Source of the DNA: a virus
DNA: 64,000 bases
Strand: one strand, 5' to 3'
IMG/VR virus record: IMGVR_UViG_3300030104_003613
Under the pieces are notes generated by a model. The model saw only the letters and a program-made list of their open reading frames with translations. It searched no databases and was not told the origin of the DNA. Below are positions 26,220-34,749 of this stretch, one piece after another; position 1 is the stretch's first letter; each line of letters starts with the position of its first letter. A program made the position numbers and the translations under genes.

Positions 26220-27884
26220 TTAGATTTCACCACCTTTGGGTGGTTTGATTTCTGGGGTAGTTGGCATCGGAGGCATTGCCGTTGCGTCAGCAGGAGCACC
26301 AGGTTCTGGCATCATAGGTTGTCCAGTAGCAGGATCGACTGCCATTTCAGCAGGATCAGGAATCATTCCTGAATCAATTTCTTTCTCGATCAACTTATCT
26401 TGCTCTTCAATTTCATCATCAGATTGACGCAGAACGTTTCTTCTGATGTAGTCATTGGAGTAATACTTACCAATGTATGGTTCATACAATTGTGCCAGAT
26501 TGATTCTCTCTGTAGCAAGTTCTGCTTCTTTGAGTTCAGCAAAGTGATTGTCATACAGGAAATCATACTGAATATGATCTGCCATGACCTCCCAATCTTC
26601 GAGAGTGACAATGTTTTTCAGGATCAATTGAGTTTTCAACATGTCGTTAAACATGTCCGAGAATCTCTTTCTCAGTCTGCCAACAAACTTGGAGAACTTA
26701 ACTTCGTCTCTCAAAATTTCAGATGAACGACCCATTGAGAAACCAGTATCACCTTGAATACGAGTTTCAGGAACGTTGAGTGATCTGTATAACTTCTTCT
26801 GGAAATAGTTAATATCGGTGATTTCGCCAAGGTTCTGACCACCAGGCAACGTGGTAATTTCTGTACCACGACCACCTTCTCTTCTAGGTAACCAGAAGTC
26901 CTCCATCATGGACATAAACTTCTTATCATCTCTGACTTCACCTGTGTTAGCATCATAGACAAGTTTGTTTCTATAACGCATCATGACATCACGCAGATAT
27001 TGTTCTGCCTTTTGTTTAGGCAGATTACCAACGTCAATGTAGAAGATTCTTCTTTCAGGTGCTCTTGATAGACGATAGATGACAAGCGAATCCTCAATCA
27101 TCATCAACTGATTAAGAGGTTTGATTGCCTTATGCATCCAAGACAATGTGGTTCCTTTGTTTCTGTCTACCAAACCAGAGGTACAGTAAGTAACAGAATC
27201 GCGAGTCATCCTAACACCTTTGTTTCCTCCACCACCAGGATTATAACCACCAGATGAACTAGAACTTCCTGGTGTATAAACAAAGTATTCTTCAATTTCT
27301 GGAAAGTTATAAGTAGCTGGATCTTCTTTATTAAAACTATTCCTTAAATTTTGTACGCTATCCTTACCTCTTTTCTTTAACTGACGAACATATTTCATTT
27401 TCGACGCATCAATATATCTCAACTCTTGAATACCATCTTGTGGATTCTTTTGGTCGATTACTTTATTATAGTAAAGTCTTCCGTCGATATACCAGTTACG
27501 AAAGATTTCATGCGCTTTCTTATCAAAGTCAAGCAGTTCTAGAATAAATCTAAACTCCTCTCTTACTTTCTTTTTAATTCCATCGCTTGCTCTCAGATTG
27601 GACAGTTCGATATTTACAGGACTGTCATTCGTATCTGATACAACCGCTTCATTTACAACATCTTCAATCGCACTATCACATTCAGGATACAACGCCATTG
27701 TGCGGTATCTTCTGATTAGATCATTTTCATTTTTATATTTGCCTTCGATATCAACGTATGAACCGTAAAAACCCGTCGAGACGTAGTGCTCGGAACCATC
27801 CTGATTAGAGGGTGGAACCGGGGATACTACACCCGGCGGGTTCTTATCGCTATCATCAATTGAGAATCCAAATAGTCTCGCCAT
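26220..27884 (-). CDS. gp20: Portal vertex protein
   Basis: RNWYIDGR, YRLSRAPERRIFYIDVGNLPK, EDFWLPRREGGRGTEITTLPGG. Confidence 0.99.
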   Translation of the reverse strand: MARLFGFSIDDSDKNPPGVVSPVPPSNQDGSEHYVSTGFYGSYVDIEGKYKNENDLIRRYRTMALYPECDSAIEDVVNEAVVSDTNDSPVNIELSNLRASDGIKKKVREEFRFILELLDFDKKAHEIFRNWYIDGRLYYNKVIDQKNPQDGIQELRYIDASKMKYVRQLKKRGKDSVQNLRNSFNKEDPATYNFPEIEEYFVYTPGSSSSSGGYNPGGGGNKGVRMTRDSVTYCTSGLVDRNKGTTLSWMHKAIKPLNQLMMIEDSLVIYRLSRAPERRIFYIDVGNLPKQKAEQYLRDVMMRYRNKLVYDANTGEVRDDKKFMSMMEDFWLPRREGGRGTEITTLPGGQNLGEITDINYFQKKLYRSLNVPETRIQGDTGFSMGRSSEILRDEVKFSKFVGRLRKRFSDMFNDMLKTQLILKNIVTLEDWEVMADHIQYDFLYDNHFAELKEAELATERINLAQLYEPYIGKYYSNDYIRRNVLRQSDDEIEEQDKLIEKEIDSGMIPDPAEMAVDPATGQPMMPEPGAPADATAMPPMPTTPEIKPPKGGEI

Positions 27885-27921
27885 TATTAATCAGACTAGA
27901 AACGTTCGTTCTAGTTATTTA

Positions 27922-28560
27922 TCACTGAATCAGTACCTGACCTCTAGCGCCTCTGTTTGCATTCAGAGCATTACCAATCGTGAAGAACTGAACCTGGAAG
28001 GTAACAGTGAATTCTTCAATCTGATCGGTGTTGTCGTAAGACAGCTCAATAGCAGCAACTTCAGTCGGGAAGATGTCAAAGAACTTGTAGTTTCTAAGAA
28101 CGGAGGATCTTCCACCTCTTCTGTTCTTGGTTGCTTCAGCAACTCTACCTCTACCCAACTGAGTGACATAAGCATCAGTCATGTAGGATGAAGGGTTGGT
28201 AACACCAGTAGCGTCATTGAGTTTACTCATGACGTTCATCCAAGTTTCAAAAGCAGTTCTGAGTTGGAAGTCCTCATCATTGATAATGGTAACGGTCCAG
28301 GTGTCAAAGGTTCTGTCTCCAGCAACCTTCAAGATTCTGCCTCTAAAGGGGACGGGAACTTCAGCAATAGTTGAGGCAGGCAGCTGTGCTGCCTTTGCCA
28401 AGAACTTGAAGTTACCATTCTCTCTTCTACCTCCATTTCTCCAAACTCTTCTACCCAAGGCAGAAGGGAATGATGGGATAGAGCATTCAAATAGATTGGG
28501 GCGGGCACCACCGCCCGCTAATCTATTCTTAAACTGTGATAAGGTTTTTGTAATTGCCAT
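27922..28560 (-). CDS. gp19: Tail tube protein
   Basis: GGGARPNLF, PFRGRILKVAGDRTFDTWTVTIINDEDF, IEEFTVTFQVQ. Confidence 0.95.
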   Translation of the reverse strand: MAITKTLSQFKNRLAGGGARPNLFECSIPSFPSALGRRVWRNGGRRENGNFKFLAKAAQLPASTIAEVPVPFRGRILKVAGDRTFDTWTVTIINDEDFQLRTAFETWMNVMSKLNDATGVTNPSSYMTDAYVTQLGRGRVAEATKNRRGGRSSVLRNYKFFDIFPTEVAAIELSYDNTDQIEEFTVTFQVQFFTIGNALNANRGARGQVLIQ

Positions 28561-28595
28561 TGGTTTTTCCTCGTTAAATGATTGATATTAGTAGA

Positions 28596-30782
28596 TCAGG
28601 CTGTTGTGCCAACCACTTCATCAAACGAGATTCCAGACCTGGTTGCGATGAACGTCAGTGTAATGTAGTTAATGGATCTCGCAGGTGAGATGAAGATGTC
28701 CGCTCTGAATTCATTGTTATCAACGACAGCAGGCGTGTTATTAGTCTCATCACAAATAACTGTAAACTCTTCAATTCCTCTCTGTGCCTGAACATCTCTC
28801 AAATAAGGAATTACAATGTTAACAAAGTTCTCTCTTGTTTCCTCATCATTGAGTTCAAAGAGTTGATCATTTGCTGCTTCTTCAAGTGCTTGCTCAACTG
28901 TGAGGAACAGACGGCGAACGTTAATTCTGTCAAAAGCAGAACTATATGAAAGACCAGTCTTGTCACCGAATAGAATTACACCTTGACCATTTTGATTAAT
29001 GACAGGGTTGATTCTGTTTCCATAAAGCACGTCTCTCTGTGCTTTGTTGGGGTTGTATGCTAGTTTGACAGCATTGTTGATGTTGCCTCTTTGCTGACCA
29101 GCAGGTGAGAACCATGGGAAAGACTCAATGCTAGTTCTAACCATCAGACCCGCGATGTCTCCGTTGAGGGGAACATAACGGAACTCATTATTAAATCTAT
29201 CATAAGTGTACTTATAACCACTATCAAATACCGCGTAAGAAGATGAAGTGATAGGAGAGTAGTACTTCAACAGATTGTTAGTCTGTGTGGTTGTGTTGGT
29301 TTCTCCAACAACATTTGCTCTATGAGGAGAAATGACTGCCATACAATCCTTTCTCAACTCGGCAATAGAGATGAGCAGATTTGCCTTGGCTTGGGATTGA
29401 ACTTCGGTAGAACAACCAGGACCCATCATCAGGAAATCAACTTCGATCTCATCTCTGTTAGAGAAGAGGTTGTAAGAAGTGAGAAGATCTCCAAGAGAAG
29501 CCGATTGACCACCATTTGCTCCGTAGTCAGCACCACCGAGAAGGTTGTAACCAACGTTACCAAGCGCACTGAATTGAGTGTCTCTTGATTCCAGACCCCA
29601 AAGACCATCGCCTCTGCTTACAGGAGAGAAGTCAGTTGTGAATCCAGTTGCGACAGGAGTAGTGCCGTGGAAAGCATCTGCTGACTGTGAGGGGTTGAAA
29701 CCAGGGAAGATCCAATCTGAGTTAAGTGCCAGATAGTTCTTATAGTAGGTTTTCAGAGGTGAATCACCATCTGCTTCAGCGTCAAGTGCCTTCGACAAGA
29801 AGGACCAGGACTCAAGCAGGTTGCCAGCGACACCAGTTACTGCGCCAGTATCATCAACGACAGCAACGTGAATAGCATCACCACCGCCACCTTTTGAAGA
29901 AACGTAGTTCGTATCAACAGGTTTGGGGGCGATTGTCTTCCAGAAGATGGTGCTGTTGTTGATCTGCAGTTTCTGCTGATCGTACCAGTCTGAGGCGGAG
30001 GTAGCGGAAACAGTACCTTCTGAACCACCAGCGTTGTTGCGAATGGTGACTACATCACTCGCTTCAAATGATTGAGCAGGGTTGTTCTCCTGATAATCAA
30101 TTGCGAATTCTGTACCAGCACTGTTAACTCTTGAAACAACTTTAACGTTAATCGTGCTGTTGCTGTTGGTAGCGTCGGTCGAAACACCAGTAATGATGCC
30201 TTTCAGCATTCCATTAAAGGTTGTGGTTGTTCCTGCGCCAGGGATTGCGACGGATGAAAGTGCTGTCGTAACACCATATCCAACGGTAACTCCTAGACCA
30301 GCAAGACTTGTGGTTGCGATACCGATAACTTGGTCTGCTGCGTTATCAATCGTACAAACTTTTAGTTGGTTTGCCCACTGACCGGGGTTTCTAGCAGCAT
30401 AGTAGAACGACGTAGCAGAAGTGTAATCCTCCTGATAGTCATCGTAGTTCTTAATCTTAAGAGAGGCAGATGAACCAATTCCAACACCAGCATTAGCGTT
30501 GACCAGGTTGCTTCCGTCTGTTCTTACAACGCTCAGAATACCACCATAATTGAGGTATTCGGAAGCTGTCATCCAGTATTCGTATTGTCTATCATTGCTC
30601 TGAGGAGTGCCGAAAACATCGATCAACTCCTGTTGAGTTGTAATAGTAGTAGGTTCATCAATCGGACCCAGTTTGAAGGGGGACGCAATCGCTCCGATGT
30701 TATCGAGAACGTTTTCAGCTCTTCCTACTGTAAGATCAATTTCCCTGACTAATACGCCTGGAGATAATTGAGGAGTTGCCAT
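28596..30782 (-). CDS. gp18: Tail sheath protein
   Basis: LSPGVLVREIDLT, PWFSPAG, FGDKT, FDRINVRRLFL, RSINYITLTF. Confidence 0.98.
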   Translation of the reverse strand: MATPQLSPGVLVREIDLTVGRAENVLDNIGAIASPFKLGPIDEPTTITTQQELIDVFGTPQSNDRQYEYWMTASEYLNYGGILSVVRTDGSNLVNANAGVGIGSSASLKIKNYDDYQEDYTSATSFYYAARNPGQWANQLKVCTIDNAADQVIGIATTSLAGLGVTVGYGVTTALSSVAIPGAGTTTTFNGMLKGIITGVSTDATNSNSTINVKVVSRVNSAGTEFAIDYQENNPAQSFEASDVVTIRNNAGGSEGTVSATSASDWYDQQKLQINNSTIFWKTIAPKPVDTNYVSSKGGGGDAIHVAVVDDTGAVTGVAGNLLESWSFLSKALDAEADGDSPLKTYYKNYLALNSDWIFPGFNPSQSADAFHGTTPVATGFTTDFSPVSRGDGLWGLESRDTQFSALGNVGYNLLGGADYGANGGQSASLGDLLTSYNLFSNRDEIEVDFLMMGPGCSTEVQSQAKANLLISIAELRKDCMAVISPHRANVVGETNTTTQTNNLLKYYSPITSSSYAVFDSGYKYTYDRFNNEFRYVPLNGDIAGLMVRTSIESFPWFSPAGQQRGNINNAVKLAYNPNKAQRDVLYGNRINPVINQNGQGVILFGDKTGLSYSSAFDRINVRRLFLTVEQALEEAANDQLFELNDEETRENFVNIVIPYLRDVQAQRGIEEFTVICDETNNTPAVVDNNEFRADIFISPARSINYITLTFIATRSGISFDEVVGTTA

Positions 30783-30842
30783 GTTTCTCTCCTAAATGTC
30801 TCAAATTAACTATTAATATTTAGAAAAATAAGGTGCTTCATG

Positions 30843-30863
30843 GACGTGAACAAGACGTGAACA
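30843..30863. repeat. Direct repeat GACGTGAACA x2 with 11-bp period
   Basis: Copies at 30843-30852 and 30854-30863, upstream of the gp18 late promoter (TCTAAATA, 30817-30824). Confidence 0.8.
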
Positions 30864-31058
30864 TTACTTCTGTCTGCTTTTCTTTATTCTATCTATTGTA
30901 CACTTTTTACATTCATATGAATATGAGGATACGACTTGACCTTTATCTTTTCTAGTTCTGTAAAATCCTTCTAATAAGTTTTTTGTTTCACCACAAGTCC
31001 GACATTTTCTTTCAGTCAGAAAGAGATGATTTACATCGAATTGAGCGTCTAAATCCAT
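30864..31058 (-). CDS. Small CxxC...CxxC zinc-finger protein
   Basis: RKCRTCGETK...FY...YECKKC. Confidence 0.75.
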   Translation of the reverse strand: MDLDAQFDVNHLFLTERKCRTCGETKNLLEGFYRTRKDKGQVVSSYSYECKKCTIDRIKKSRQK

Positions 31059-31621
31059 TAGGGAGATGTTGTTTCATACTTCAAGACACATTCTTTCAAT
31101 GATTTAGTGGTCATACCAGGTGTCGCTCCAGCCCATAGTGCCTCTCTTTCAATCCTTACGACGGTTGGATCTTTGATACCATACAACTTAATTGCATTTT
31201 CTGTATATTTGGGGGGAACGACACCGGAACTCAAGTATATCCTTTCTAGCGTTGTATTATAAAGACCATCCTTACAGTCCTGAACAACATGCCATCCCTC
31301 ATGTCTTAGCACATCAATGAGTGCTTCGTAATCATTATCAATGTGACCCATATTCAGATAAATCACATTAGCTTCTGGATAATATAGACCACGATAGTTT
31401 TCCTCAAAGTAATAAGGGAATGCCTTGTAAACGCCTACATTTAATTTTTCAAGATTAACAAGGATATCCCTTACCTCATCATCATACTCCTCTGATTTTA
31501 ACTCATAAACCTCGTAAACACAATCATTTCTCCTCATACATCCCCTACCATCATATTCAGATGACAATGCCGGTAATGTAATTAGTGATGCTGTTGCCAA
31601 TAACGTAATTAGTTTTTTCAT
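31058..31621 (-). CDS. Exported zincin-like (HExxH) protein
   Basis: Signal-like MKKLITLLATASLITLPALS; RGLY, VLRHEGWHVVQDC, EREA; ATGA overlap with the gp17 stop. Confidence 0.7.
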   Translation of the reverse strand: MKKLITLLATASLITLPALSSEYDGRGCMRRNDCVYEVYELKSEEYDDEVRDILVNLEKLNVGVYKAFPYYFEENYRGLYYPEANVIYLNMGHIDNDYEALIDVLRHEGWHVVQDCKDGLYNTTLERIYLSSGVVPPKYTENAIKLYGIKDPTVVRIEREALWAGATPGMTTKSLKECVLKYETTSP

Positions 31622-33264
31622 CCGTAATTCCACATATGACTCATGTCTCCGTATTCGTCGGTATGCCACCTGTCTCCGTCATCATCCACAAAAGAAGCAT
31701 CATCGAGTCCATCGACAATAAAACCAAAGGGTGCCATATCTTGCTCGATTTGATTCTTTTGTTCTTCGTATAATCGTTTTCGGACATCCTGATCTGTTAA
31801 CTCCTTAAAGTAATCTTGTGCTACCAACCAAGCATAGATGACGAGACACATAGCAAGGTCATCATTACAACCCTCTTCTGCCTCAAAGGAATTATGCTTT
31901 GAAACAAAGGTGGTCAATTCTGATATAACTTCATAATCACAGAAGGTCAGTTTGTCCTCCTCAATCATGGTTTTTAGATTTAGAGATCCAATTTTCTTTA
32001 CGGTCTTGGACATCTTAACACCTAATTGTGTTTTCTGACCAGAGAATCCTTGACCTACAATCTGTCCTGCTCTACCACGCATTGAACACATCAACAGGTT
32101 CTGATATTCAAGGTCATATTGAAGGATACTTGCTACCTGATCTCCAACATCATTTACCTCACATAGAATGAATGCTTCATTATAACTTTTACATACTTCA
32201 TAGATGACACTAGGGAATAGCATCGGTTTAATTGTATTATCTCTATACTTTGCTACTAGTTTATGTGGGAACTCTGTAATATCTAACACTGTGAAAGCAG
32301 AGTAATCGTTACCTACACCTCTTGCTACGTCAACAGTACAGACATAATCACGTCCTTTCTGCGATGGTTCATATACATCCAATCCAGCATTTCTCTGTAT
32401 GGGGTTATCATACACAAGTGATTTTAGTTTAGACGCAGCAATCAGAGTATCAACAGATCCAAGGAATTCACACTCAAACTCAATCTTAAATTGTTGTTCT
32501 GATGTGTTGGCAATTGTTTGTTCTTTCCACACAGCGTCCCTACCAGGGACCTCTGACCAGTGAACTTCTGTAGGAATGTATTCATTTCTATTTTTCTCCG
32601 CATCATGCCACATGCGGTAGAAATGATTCATACCGTGTGGCGTGGATACGATAATTACCTTCGTACTTTGACCGGAAGTAATAGTAGGATAAACAGAGGC
32701 AAAGAAGGCATCTGCAATATGGTTCGGAACGAAGGCGAACTCGTCGAGGAAGAGAATGTTAAACGACATGCCTCGGACAGCACTTGCAGATGTAGAAGCT
32801 GCCAGAATCTTTGATCCATTTTCTAACTCCAAAGAACCCTTGTTCCAGGATAGAATACCCTGCTGCATCCACTTTGGCAAGTTCTCATACGCAATCTGTA
32901 ATCTGGAGAGAAGTTCCCTAGCAGTGGATGCTTTGTTTGCCAGGATGCCAATATTCACACTGTCATTGAAAACAGCATAGTGTAAAAGAAAAGATACCAC
33001 AGTCGTAGACTTACCAGTCTGACGTGGCATCTTACAGATGTTAAATCTATTTTCGTGAAAGTTGCGAACTAACTTCTCTTGAAAGTCATACATCTTGAAC
33101 GGTTGAAGACCGTGATCAAGGGTAACAATCTTTACATAGTTTTGAGCGAAGTATACCGGGTCATCCTTACACCTCAAATATTCTTGAATCTGTTCTTTCG
33201 TAAATTCAATTGGGGTGTTCGCCTTTTTAAGGTTCGGATTCCCAAGATAGATATTTTCAGACAT
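31618..33264 (-). CDS. gp17: Terminase large subunit
   Basis: YLGNPNLK, PRQTGKST, FLDEFAF, STPHGMNHFY, DVARG, NDDLAM. Confidence 0.99.
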   Translation of the reverse strand: MSENIYLGNPNLKKANTPIEFTKEQIQEYLRCKDDPVYFAQNYVKIVTLDHGLQPFKMYDFQEKLVRNFHENRFNICKMPRQTGKSTTVVSFLLHYAVFNDSVNIGILANKASTARELLSRLQIAYENLPKWMQQGILSWNKGSLELENGSKILAASTSASAVRGMSFNILFLDEFAFVPNHIADAFFASVYPTITSGQSTKVIIVSTPHGMNHFYRMWHDAEKNRNEYIPTEVHWSEVPGRDAVWKEQTIANTSEQQFKIEFECEFLGSVDTLIAASKLKSLVYDNPIQRNAGLDVYEPSQKGRDYVCTVDVARGVGNDYSAFTVLDITEFPHKLVAKYRDNTIKPMLFPSVIYEVCKSYNEAFILCEVNDVGDQVASILQYDLEYQNLLMCSMRGRAGQIVGQGFSGQKTQLGVKMSKTVKKIGSLNLKTMIEEDKLTFCDYEVISELTTFVSKHNSFEAEEGCNDDLAMCLVIYAWLVAQDYFKELTDQDVRKRLYEEQKNQIEQDMAPFGFIVDGLDDASFVDDDGDRWHTDEYGDMSHMWNYG

Positions 33265-33273
33265 AAAGAAGTA

Positions 33274-34719
33274 TTAGCAATTCCAAGCTCTTAATGACTT
33301 ATTTATTCTGGAATCAGGATCATTAGCAGTTTTAGAAGAAGTTAATTTAGATTTCATTCCTTTCATTCTCGCACAAAAACTTTTTCTACGAGGGTTCCCA
33401 GCTTTCTTTGAAGGTCTCTTAAGATCGCTTCCTGGGTTTTCACGTTCATACGACTTCCGCCCTTTTTCATTCAATCCTCCTGATTGATTCTTACCAGACT
33501 TTTTTGTCCATGCTGCTGCCTCCTCGATCTCTCCATCGATTTCGGTTTCTTCAGACATGTCAGGTACTCTAATATATGTATCCTTATTGTCAAGCATGGA
33601 AGCATCAAATCTCATCACTTTGGAACCAGGATAAACTTTGTCCATCGCTGCTTGGACTTGCTGCTTATTGGGTTGCTTGAGTTCAGGGAAGAATAACTTC
33701 ATCATCATATACTTCCCTCTCCAGAGGAATGATACAAGATAAACTTTTCCTGTTTCTGATGGGATTCTTTCAATACCCTCACCAAGATTCAATCTTTCAA
33801 GAACTCTTTCTTTCTCGGATTGAGTTTCCTCATTCTTGGGCACACAGTTGGGAACCATCTTACCACCCTTTTTCTTCATACCAACTTGCTTGTGACTATC
33901 CCAGCAAGGATCGCCATCACCTTCATTCATGTGATCGGCTGACTTATAACGCTTGTCGCCTGCCTTGTAGTTCTGATATGCCTTGGTGTTTGCTTTCTTA
34001 TCAGCATTAGTGACAACCATGCGAGTATCTTTTTTCTCTGGTTGAGCACCACCATAGGTTGCCTCATAGACAGTCTCTTCTTTTTTGGTTTTCTTGACAC
34101 AGTTTGGATATCTCTTACCAAACATAGTCTTCATACCCTTCTTCTCATATCCTTTCCAACATGCCTCATCGACAACCTCAACCTCATATCCAGCATATTT
34201 GAGGGCACCGATCTGAACTTCGGTAAGTTCGGGAAGGTCGTAGAAACCTTCCAGTTCCTCTTTCTTGGTAGAGTTACCCCAATTATCCGCACCTTTCTTA
34301 CGGCACTTAACTAGAGCACCCGAAGCATAAGCAGATGGCCATACGGAATAGCGTGACTTGACCTTATGGTAGCAGGCATCTTTCTTACCTGAACTCTTAC
34401 CCTTCTTATCCGTTGCTTCGTTGACTTCTACTTCTTCTTTTTTCATTTTCTTCTTGGAATCAGTGGAAACATAGGTTGGTTTAGCAGCACCAGACTTTGA
34501 TTGCTGTCCTGGATCTGCTTTCTTTTTTCTTCTTTGAGCAGATAGTCTTTCTGCTTTTGTCATAGATGCTCTCTTCGCGGAGGAAACGCACTTGGGTGTT
34601 CCTTCACCAGGTTTGTCACTGGCACAAGTTCCACCAGTAACAACATTAACCCAACCACCTTTACCATCTTTTGATTTGGATTTACCAAACCAATCTCTGA
34701 GTCCCTCTTCGTTAATCAT
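33274..34719 (-). CDS. Modular basic protein (DUF5872- and DUF6321-like modules, CW..PNCV repeats)
   Basis: 481 aa; WPSAYASGALVK module, two CW..G.K...GK..PNCV modules, C-terminal RRKSFCARM...SLRAWNC; late promoter at 34744-34751. Confidence 0.8.
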   Translation of the reverse strand: MINEEGLRDWFGKSKSKDGKGGWVNVVTGGTCASDKPGEGTPKCVSSAKRASMTKAERLSAQRRKKKADPGQQSKSGAAKPTYVSTDSKKKMKKEEVEVNEATDKKGKSSGKKDACYHKVKSRYSVWPSAYASGALVKCRKKGADNWGNSTKKEELEGFYDLPELTEVQIGALKYAGYEVEVVDEACWKGYEKKGMKTMFGKRYPNCVKKTKKEETVYEATYGGAQPEKKDTRMVVTNADKKANTKAYQNYKAGDKRYKSADHMNEGDGDPCWDSHKQVGMKKKGGKMVPNCVPKNEETQSEKERVLERLNLGEGIERIPSETGKVYLVSFLWRGKYMMMKLFFPELKQPNKQQVQAAMDKVYPGSKVMRFDASMLDNKDTYIRVPDMSEETEIDGEIEEAAAWTKKSGKNQSGGLNEKGRKSYERENPGSDLKRPSKKAGNPRRKSFCARMKGMKSKLTSSKTANDPDSRINKSLRAWNC

Positions 34720-34749
34720 CCCAATAAGCAGATAATCTCTTTCTATTTA

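Noticed and set aside
30864-31058. Homing endonuclease next to the terminase
   Set aside because: Only a zinc-finger-like segment is present, with no HNH, GIY-YIG or EndoVII catalytic motif.
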